DNA from: Octopus bimaculoides
Lineage: Eukaryota
Reading direction: 5' to 3'
NCBI RefSeq assembly: GCF_001194135.2
Contig: NC_068983.1
Location: 71,450,980 to 71,483,573, forward strand
DNA: 32,594 nucleotides
Below are positions 23,004-32,594 of this stretch, one piece after another (within the stretch, counting starts at the first letter, position 1; each line of letters begins with the position of its first letter). A program made the position numbers and the translations under genes. Below the pieces are notes generated by a model. That model worked only from the letters and a program-made list of their open reading frames with translations. It was not told where the DNA came from and made no database searches.

Positions 23004-23701
23004 GACGGGATTCTTACAGTTTCCGTCTACCATATCCACTCACAAGGCTTTGGTCGGCTCGAGGCTATGGTAGAAGACACTTGCCCAAGGTGCAGTGGAA
23101 CTGAACCCGGAACCATGTGGTTGGTAAGCAAATTACTTACCGCACAGCCACTCCTGAAGTTAAAACTAACTTATAGGACAAAACTTTCAGCATTAAAAAC
23201 ATGAGAGATGCAATTGCGACAGAGGACAGAAAGTGAACTCAAGTTTTCAATAGTTTTCCTTGTGTACGATAATAGTGGAATTCCAGCGATAAGTCACAAA
23301 GAATAACTTTTTCTGAAATATATATTTTTTTTTTTTTTTGGCTTTATTTCCAACTCAGCTTAATAAGTGTTCCTTTGGACTTGATAATATTTCAATGCAT
23401 TTTAAAAGAAGAATGCTTGCTCATGATTTTTCATAGGCTTTATCATTTATATTTAACTTTTTTATTCTGGAGAATTACCTTCTCCCTAGACTCGAAAAGC
23501 AGTAATTCCAATACATAAAAAAATTAAAACCATTTGGTCTTATGCATTAAGTTGTTTTATATACAAAGTTATAAAAATTGAAGAGCTTCACTGTCTCTCG
23601 ACTTTCCAGGAATAGATTTATCTCCTTTAAATCATAACCTACTGTCTTAAAGAAGGGAGGAAACTTGTGGCTAATATTGATTGAGATGCACACTACCTTA
23701 C

Positions 23702-23745
23702 AAAAGCAAAAACAGAATGGTCACACCTGACACCGAGAACTTCAT
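23702..23745 (-). CDS. Candidate first coding exon (signal peptide N-part)
   Basis: accATGa start, reading MKFSVSGVTILFLL+TT, then a |GTAAGG donor (phase 2). Confidence 0.4.
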
Positions 23746-23829
23746 GGTTGTTCTGTTTATTTTTATTCATTGATAATCTAAGTTATAGCTTCCTTACCAA
23801 AAGTCCCTTACCTTATTTAAGACAGAAGG

Positions 23830-23905
23830 ATTAGGTTTGATGGAGATATAGTTAACATATTTTGCATGTCGAGCGACTACGTAAGGGGACTTTCATTGAC
23901 TCCTG
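23830..23905 (+). repeat. Diverged dispersed repeat of about 75 bp (GAGATTTGGCTGCTA...TTCATTGGCT family)
   Basis: Related copies at about 26985-27060 (+) and 31848-31903 (-). Confidence 0.5.
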
Positions 23906-26018
23906 TTCTTGTTTTATTTGACTCTATGGCGTTTATGAGAATTGGTATCTGGTATCAAATCAATGAAAAACAGGTTATGCGTTGTCTTTTGTTGATTAGT
24001 TTTCTTCTTTTTTATTTATTTATTTATTTTATTTTTTGCTTGATGTATTGCTCTTGTTGCTATATTTTTTGGGCGGGTGGATATGTGCTGTATAAATATA
24101 AGAACACGATAATTTCGAATTTCTTGATTAGGAAAATAATAGAGAGAATTTGTAATTAATGTGAAGCGTTTCTTTTGTTTTCTTTGAGCTACAGCCTACA
24201 ATAGCTTATATTATTCCCAAATAGTATCCAAGCAGTCGCAAATGAACCATTTCTCCTCTCCTTCCCTCATTTTGTCTTGTTGTATATGAAGTTTTATGAT
24301 CGCATCACTAACTTCTACTGTGGCGCCTCGGCACAAGATAATGGGATAGTGCAGACAATTTTATGAAGGGAGTTTATTATGTGCTATTTATTCCCATGAG
24401 CTTGCTATTTTTTCTCTTCTTGACGTGTAGATTAAAATTCTTTTCATATGCTTTTTGTCTTTGTTTTCCTTTTCTCATTTGTTTATTTTTGATTTCTCAG
24501 AATTGTGCCTTGAGCCATTTCTTGTTATATATTTACAGTACCCATTATAGTTTTCGTTTTAATTCTATTATATTACAACACACACACACACACACATACA
24601 CACATAAACACATATATATGCATGTATATATCTCTATGTGTTTGTTTGTATGTATGTATGTATGTATGTATGTATGTATGTGCTTACGCTGTCCGGTAGA
24701 CAGAGCGTGAGATATCGTCAGTGATCAGAGCACTGTCTGTTCCATTATTGTTCAAAAGCTCGGCCGCGAAGATTGTATGATTTTTTCTAAATACCTTGCA
24801 GCGATAGCCTGAGTACAATGAATATATAGAAAAAGATGAGTGGCGCTAAGTTCATACATATATTCAATACATCCTGACATGTATTTCAATAATGAAAACA
24901 GTCGCCATAGATTATATCATCAAATCATCAGAGTCAGTATGATAAATGAAATATAATAATCCTTAAGTCAAATAGAAATCCAACAGAAACATCGTTTCCT
25001 CCAAATTTAACTTTTGCTTAATTTTATTTCAATAGGGGGAAATGTTTTTATACCATCCTAGAGGTGGTGGTATGTTAAGGCGACACGCAACGATATCAGA
25101 TGAGAAGGTTAACATCAAGGATATAGTAGCCGGCTCGAAAGTTAGTTTCAATGTATGTATGTATGTATGTATGTATGTATGTAGAAAGCATTAGTGACAT
25201 TTTGACAAAAATGCGGATGGGTAACATCTCGTCTGTAAGCAGACCAGAGTAAGATCACGTCCTAACCGCTAAAAGAAGTTATGGTTGACATGCGTGAGTT
25301 CGTCAAACACGATCAGACTCGTCTCGTCGAATTATTAATCGTCTTGAAAAAAACTGTTATTCATAGTTTTGTTATACACAAGTATGCTGAATAAAACATG
25401 GTAAGCAATATTTTTTTATATTTTGTTTTTAATCTTTTTAATTTTGAAACATGAGAAGTGTGATAGTAATATTTTTTCATCACCGTGCACCACAGAACAT
25501 AAACATGATTACGAGCAACGTATCAACCAGAAAGTTCTTAATATGTATTTAAGTGCATCATCTCATATTCCCCCAGTAATTTAACCATGCTCTATGGTTA
25601 AATTACTAACATGCCTTAGTCAAATGAATAGGTTTCTTTAGTTATCGTAGAGACAAATATTTATCACAACATTTAGATGTCCTATGAGGAATTCGAGTAT
25701 AGTATTCTATAGTTTGAGGGAGTATACATGGCATACATTTTTCTCATTTGCTAAATTCACATTGACGTAATGTAACAACAACGATTATCCGTAGGGTAAT
25801 TTTGCACTAGCAGTCAATAGCTAACTCGCTTAGGGAAAGTAAAATTTTACTGCCTAAGTTCATGTGCGTCAACCTACTCAGTAGCCATTGAAATGTATTT
25901 AAGCTATCTAACTCAATATATTCCACCAGCAGAGTAAGTTTGAAGGTATTTTCACTAACTTTCTAAAAGAATAGTTATTTCGCGGCAATATTTGAAGTGA
26001 CTGCTTCGGTCTTTGCGA

Positions 26019-26066
26019 ATATCTAGTGGCTTGTATATCTAGTGACTTATATATCTAGTGACTCGT
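26019..26066. repeat. 16-bp tandem repeat x3 (ATATCTAGTGRCT...)
   Basis: Units at 26019, 26035 and 26051. Confidence 0.85.
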
Positions 26067-26271
26067 AATGTCGTCATCAGGTGTAAATTTGGTGGCTAAG
26101 TGAGTCAATTACTTAAGTTCAACAAAGGTTTCATTCATTGATATCAGAATCATGTATGTGGATTAGGTAGATTTGAACTACAATGAAAGATATATACTAT
26201 TTAGTCAGTCACATTCTGTTCATTCCATTAACTCACAGTATATTTATGCTTCGGTTTGTATGTGTATGTAT

Positions 26272-26620
26272 TTATGAACTTCCAAAGTAAACGAACGAAT
26301 CGACAACCTCAAGTAACTTTCCCTTAACAAAATTTTTATTGGGGTTACTAACAGCATCACATACAGGTTGATGCATTACAACTGCTTTTTTCAAGTTGAT
26401 GGTCAAGCCAAAATCATCCCAAGCTGAGTCAAATGCAGATACAAGAGATTGCAGACCTGTTTCAGAATGACTGATAAGATCGCAACCGTCAGCATACAAA
26501 AGTTCCCTAATGAGTGAAGGTAAAATTTAATCGTCACTAAATGTGACTGAGGATGCTGAAGCACTTACATTATTTCTAGTGATGTAGGTGATTCGGCGCC
26601 TCAGTCACATTTCATGACGA
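26272..26620 (-). mobile_element. RTE-clade LINE reverse-transcriptase fragment
   Basis: LRR...LIRELLYADGCDLISHSETGLQSLVSAFDSAWDDFGLTINLKKAVVMHQP...LEVVDSFVYFGS (YADD degenerated to YADG). Confidence 0.9.
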
Positions 26621-26623
26621 CTA

Positions 26624-28685
26624 TCTTAATATATAAAATCCGTTCTGTCTTAATATATAAAATCCGTTCTGTCGAGTATTGTTCATCCGATCGCGCTGAA
26701 ATTTTAAACTAAAAAGATTTTCAAAATTGTTAGTTTCAAAGTGAGAAACGCTATTTTTGTAATCTTTATGTCCTGATTGTTCCGCGATGAGTATAACCAG
26801 TTGCTCAGACAGCCGGCACATACCATTTCGCTAGCAACAAGGGGAGTTAAGGATGACAGTCAGCCAAAACCGTCGCTATGCTGTCTCTCTTCTTTCCTCT
26901 CTCTGTGGGGTTGATAATCTTAATCTTTAGTTACAGTTTCTCATTCAAACTACATAATAGGCAGAATTGTTGGATTAAGACAGTAAGGGGTTTTGAGGGA
27001 GATTTGGCTGCTATTTCTACCGGGTCTGGTTATCATGTAGAGGTCTCCTTCATTGGCTTATATAATATAAATAAAATACTTAAAGCAACAGGCGTCAAAT
27101 ACAAAAGTCAAGGTCCATGCAGTGTCATGGGCCAAAAAGTTTCCAATTTCTTACCTAATGCGAGCCCAGAGAAATCTTTTATCTCTTACACTATTTCAAT
27201 ATTATGTCTGTATTGTTATGTGAGATACTGTCCTATATATTATATATCCCTTATGCTTTCCAAAACCGAGTTACAGATTTTGACGTATAGAGTATCAAAA
27301 TATTCAGTATTATTTTGGCTAATTTCCATTCACATATTTGCATTTCAGAAATTTAACATATTTTCCATTAATCAACTATCGTTAAAATTGTATATGATGA
27401 CGTCACATTTTCTATATGTGTGTGTGTACCTTAAAAGAGATCAATCATCACGACACACACCTTCACTCACTCTATCTCCCTTTCTCACCCTCTTTCTCTC
27501 TCATATACACACGCGCAAGCACGCACACACACACACACACACACACACGTCCATTTCATATAGACGTACATACATCTTTCACTTTCTTTCTCTGTTCTTT
27601 TCGCTTTCTCTTCTTTCAATTTCTGCTCTCTTCAAATAAAATTTTTACGGATACAAATGCTTACAAAATTAGGGATTAATGTATAATTTCTATGTTCATA
27701 ATATTTTGCTTACAATACTGGGAAAAATATGCCACCAAAGAAAAGACGTAATCTCTCCACAAACAAGTATAAAGCAAGGAGGATTGTAGAAAACCGAAGG
27801 CGAGAGTCTGAAGAGAGAAGCTAGATGAGATTTTCTCAAGATCAGCAAATGCATGTTGCAGCACTTAATGCTGGATCATTAGATCAATGTTTTAAAGATG
27901 AGACAGAGGTCCAATAGAATAGCTCTCAGAAACAGACTACGTACAAATTCGTTCTTCGGACCTCCTGAAACTGTTTTCAGATATGATCCATCCCATTCTT
28001 ATAAAAATAATAACTCCAAATTGGTGTGCTAAACACAAATTGTCATTTCTGTAGAGCTTTAAAATTTTCAAATGAAACAAATGGTATGTGCTGCTCAGGC
28101 GGTCAGGTAACATTGCCAGCACTACCAGCTCCTTCTCAACCTCTTATGGATCCTTTAGAAGGCATTTCCATCCAGTCAAAGGATTTTCTGAACAATATCA
28201 GACAATACAACTCTGCAAATGACACCGTTTGGTGCATCTAAGAAGATAGATAAACATGGATTTACGACGACGTCAAAGTTCAAGGGCAAGTCTATCATGT
28301 CATTGGTTCCCTGTTACCCACATTGAACAACCACAGTTCCTCCTAATTTACTTTATGAATAATGTAGGACAACAAACCCGAAGGAAGTGTCAATATTTCA
28401 GATGATGGGTCGTGTTAGACACAGCGCCGACTGCTGCAAAAGAGAATATATCCACTGACAGCTTCTCGGTGCGTTCAAAAATCACATAACCCCCACAGGT
28501 TAGGGCCTGAAATACTCCAATGGGCGCATAGCATGTTGCTTAGTCGAATTAGCCCATCATTTACTCCACAAATGTTTTGTTGTCGATGCTGCACTTTCCC
28601 ATATCACTTGTTTCAACACAACTGTAATATATTATATACAAACTATGCCATTTTAATTCCGGGCAACGCCAGGTGTCTCAGCTAG
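26624..28685 (+). mobile_element. Internally deleted (non-autonomous) Helitron, 2062 bp, both termini present
   Basis: 5' A|TC TTAATATATAAAA. The 3' end has a GC hairpin CCGGGCAACGCCAGG (28659-73) followed 8 nt later by CTAG|T. A Rep N-terminal remnant lies inside. Confidence 0.85.
27729..28390 (+). pseudogene. Helitron Rep/helicase ORF N-terminal remnant
   Basis: MPPKKRRN..., VFRYDP, CHFCRALKFSNETNGMCCSGGQVTLP, DFLNNIRQYNSA, KVQGQVYHVIGSLLP, QPQFLLIYF. Contains stops and frameshifts; the helicase region is absent. Confidence 0.9.
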
Positions 28686-28687
28686 TT

Positions 28688-28719
<32 letters not shown>

Positions 28720-30199
28720 TATATATACATGCATATGTATTATATATATATATATGAATAAATACATAGATATCTTTATATATAAATAACACGATTATAT
28801 GAATATATGTATGTATATTTATATAAATGTTTATATGTGTGTGTCTGTCTCTCTGTGTTTGTCACTATGCATGTATATAGGTTGTGTGTGTGCGTGTGTG
28901 TGCGTGTGTGTGCGTGTGTGTGCGTGCATGCATTCGCGCGCGTGTGTGTGCTTGCAAAAGAAAAGAAAAGAAAATGTAAAAGATGGTAATTAAAAGAGAA
29001 ATCAAATAATATTAAAATGAATGTATCAATGGATACATGAATAAAAATGGGAGAATAGGAAAATGGAAAATAGGAAAAGTAAAGGAGAAAAATAAAATAA
29101 ATAGCTAAGAAATACAGAAACAGCGAAAAATAAAATGAAGAGAATATTATGATTGAGGTAGGAGCAGAAGATTATTAGATTGGAAGAAATATCTTCCCTT
29201 TTTAGTTCTATAAATTTGGTTATTGAATTGTTTCTATAATAGGACAAGTCATGTGATTTTCTCTCGCCATTGAAATTAGAAGCTTAGAATTATGTCAAAT
29301 ACAGTAACAATTATCTCGGCTTGCTTTCATATCTCGCATCCCCATAGTACAGATGTATTGTTGGCTAATAGCAAACGGTTTCATCGAGAGCGCAATTCTA
29401 TTCTAGGCGTCAAATAAGATATTCCCTTCAGACGATATCAGAAAACCAGATGTAAGCAGATGTGGAAGTTAACAATTTCTTGTTTTTGCACTTCGAATTT
29501 TTTCTTTTATTCGCTGTTCATTTCCGGGAAAATGACAAGCTCTTGCCTGCTCCGGGTCTAGCCGTTAGTTAACACGTGTCCTGGAACGAATACACCGGTG
29601 TAACTGTCACTTATAAAAAATATTCCTCTTTAAGAGTGTTAGAAAAATTTATGTTATAATTAATTCTCATATATGTAAGCCCCCTCAGTACATTAACCAA
29701 CAATATTTCAAACCACACATTGAGTGCACCAATTTTGCTCAAATCTTTGTATTCTAATCCAAGAAGGGTGCAACGGACAACGGATTCAACAAGAAAATTA
29801 TAAATTGGGAGGATTTTTCAAAGTATTTTCTCTAATTTACCTTTCAAATCAGTCTCTATTTTTTAATTTGTTCTCCTTAATGCTGTCAGAAATTATACAG
29901 TATCGGTCCAAAACTCTCAGTGATACTCATCAAACAACGTAATAAATGAGGAACATGTGTATTTAAATACTTGTTGCAGGGAATATCTCTTGGCCTTTGC
30001 CAGGTTACAAAATCACAATGCATCAGCTCAGAGAGCAAAATTCAGTTTCTTAGCAATTTTAAAGAATTTACCAACACATGTAGATAAATTCTGGTATGGG
30101 GAATTATAATGTTTTTTTTTTTGTCTTTCTTTAGGCAAAAAAAAATGCCCTGCAAAAGATGAAACACTGAGTGGTGTTACATTACATCCCTATGCGCTA

Positions 30200-30775
30200 T
30201 GATGACAAATCTCGCCAGAATCTTCGTTGAATTCCATTCCCCCGAAATCGATAAAATAATAAAGTATCAGCCATGAACTGATATTTTATTATTTGGGATA
30301 ATATACACCTTCCCAATGAAATAAACTTAAAAGTTGCTATTTCTTGCGTTTATAACTTTTTAATATATTTTTCAAGAAGCACGATACACACCTTATAATT
30401 ATTGATGAATTAAACTGGGAAGGTGTTTCTGTTTAACTCGAGAATCAACTGTGATGAAATGTAAAGTTGATACCGATAAGAATTGAACTCGGTACCTAAA
30501 AAGTCGAATAAAATACAAAACATTTTCCCGATACTCTAATGATTCTGTCATCCCACTGCTCCTTGAAATTTTGTGATAAAGATTACTTATATGTGTGTTA
30601 GGCCATACATTTTGGTGACGGAACCAAAACTCGACTGATATTGTATTTCATCATTCCCATAAGTATAAAAAGAAAACTTTACGTCAACGGTGTTCGAACA
30701 CAGAACGTACAGAGAGGTAATTAAATAAAACAAGGTTCTTTAGTTCGAAGCTCTACCGAGTGTTCTATTCTCCAG
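30200..30775. mobile_element. Cluster of old tRNA-derived SINE remnants (second family)
   Basis: Minus-strand heads at about 30560-30440 (TGACAGAATCATTA...GAGTTCAATTC) and 30775-30640 (GTTCTGTGTTCGAACACC). A plus-strand remnant lies at about 30200-30290. Confidence 0.5.
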
Positions 30776-32558
30776 CCCTAGAAATTCTATAATAATTATT
30801 TGTTCATAACAACCAATAAGTATCGTAACTAACAGTTAACACATAATATTTCGAACCAACTATCTGTCAGCATGAGTCCACGGGGAGTCCAGCTAAAGCA
30901 GCGGGGACACTGTATAGTCAACAAACACGTCATTGACTTAGTATGCCGTGCCCAATTACCTTCATGAAATGACAGAAGGCTACGATGAAAGTCTTGCAGC
31001 GTTTCTTCGCTTAAATCACTTAATAATGAAACACTGCTTTACACAACATTATTTTCAGTATCCTGTGTAAGCTGACATGTACAGTTTAATGTAATAATGA
31101 CTTGGCAGCGTATTCCCGAGATGGCATTGTTTCTTACAAAGAGTGATATAATGGATTAGATTATCATGTGAAAATACTCCAACAAAACGTCATATAACTT
31201 TAAAAGCGTTTGAGCAAATTTCTGAGATTTGTCACTAAGCGACTTTATAAAAGCAGTATCTTAACTTGAAATAGCTGAAATATATAAATTTTCCTTTTCT
31301 TTTTTTCTTTTTTTTTCCATCGGAGGTGGTGTCGGAAACTACAAAATATCCTTTTGTAACACTTTATTCTATTAATCGTTTTTGCTTTTGTTTTGGGCTG
31401 GAATTTAAGTCAGGTTCTGTTTTATCACTTTCAATATTTCATATGCTCTACGGTTTAAAGAAAAATTATATTATAATCCCAGTGATAGAAAATAAAACGT
31501 GAATATTTATCAAAGAGATATACGATAGTGAATGCATATATGATGCTTGACATTTGACAAATTATTCATCATCCAACGTTGCCTAACTGATTTCATCTTT
31601 AAACATTATTGTAAAATTTAGTTGCACACTTCTAATTTCATGAATCTAGTTTTGCATTTAAGAAGTCTTATATTGTGCTTCTTGATTAATAAGGGGTTGG
31701 GTTTCAAATATGCATTTACATGTATCTCATTCACTTAACTGACTCGAAGGATTTGAATTTTCTGTTTGAATTACCCAACAAGAGGACAACAAATATCATT
31801 ACAATGAGATATCTTCTCTATCGAAACTATGAGGGAACTACAACAGCAAGCCAACGAGAAAGTTTGCTTGACTGCTTGATATGTTAGATTTAGCAGCCAA
31901 ATCGTTTTCAGATCACACGCATTGCAGACTGTTATCGGTTTTATCGAAACAATCTGATTTATTTAGCAAAACATATTATACCTGAGTAAAACGATAAAAA
32001 TGGTATATTCGTAGTTGGCATGTCATTCATCGCAAATCTAATAGCTCTGACAACAACAAAAGAACTAATTTTGTATTTCGAGTTCTAAGTCTCAGAAAAC
32101 CATACCATTAAACTTTCTGTTCGCTCTCGTTTCTTAGTTATCGTTGTTAAACCAATACAATGATGTGTATTTATAATGTACTTGAACAGAATTATTTCTC
32201 AAAACTGATTTTTAAATAATTTCAAATCACATTATACTATATTAACACAACTTTGTCAAACTTCAAAGATAGCACACTTTCTAATGAACAATCGTTCTTC
32301 CTCCCACTGTTGCAAAGTTTCACATAGAAAACCTAATGATGACTCTGTCAACAAGGCCCAAGCCTGTCTATATAATTTATACGCTTTGGAGAATTCCTGA
32401 TAACTGTAAATATAAAGTGTATAACATCTCTAAAAGGAAGCAAATAGTTGCTGTAAGATTCGGTTTATTTCACATCATTAACCTTTCAAACTATTCATAC
32501 GTATATATTTGTATACATTCTACACATACACACGAGCAAACACACAAGCTGACGCGCG

Positions 32559-32594
<36 letters not shown>

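Larger units (their letters stand above)
22352..23157 (-). mobile_element. tRNA-derived SINE, copy C, split by an insertion of about 470 bp in its central (TA)n tract
   Basis: Head 23157-23002 has an A-box-like GTGGCTGTGCGG and a B-box-like GGTTCAGTTCC. The tail part 22470-22352 is fused to copy B. Confidence 0.8.

Noticed and set aside
23002-23157. tRNA-like A/B boxes suggesting a tRNA gene
   Set aside because: There is no cloverleaf, and the sequence continues into SINE body shared with other copies.
6545-28390. Strand bias: six of seven coding TE relics are on the minus strand
   Set aside because: The sample is too small to distinguish from chance.

Overview
AT-rich, microsatellite-dense eukaryotic DNA, not prokaryotic, with three N gaps. 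The SINE and Helitron families look like those of Octopus; that assignment is from memory and was not checked against a database. Most ORFs in the supplied track are translations of (TA)n, (GT)n or (CT)n tracts. The window is mostly decayed mobile DNA: a pogo/Tigger-type MITE, a mariner MITE, a hairpin element, a Penelope-like RT fragment with terminal-repeat pieces, two R4/Dong-type LINE fragments, a dead Tc1 transposase, an RTE fragment, a 2.06-kb internally deleted Helitron with both termini, and tRNA-derived SINEs. No recognisable host gene is present. Two minus-strand exon candidates (23745-23702 and 19682-19600) splice in frame into a plausible signal peptide. The most interesting signals are: (i) minimal hammerhead-ribozyme-like motifs beside (TA)n tracts, one inside a 42-bp inverted-repeat cassette and one with a compensatory U3-A8 core; (ii) a near-identical inverted SINE pair that shares a B-box deletion and brackets the candidate exon; (iii) the candidate secreted-protein gene itself.
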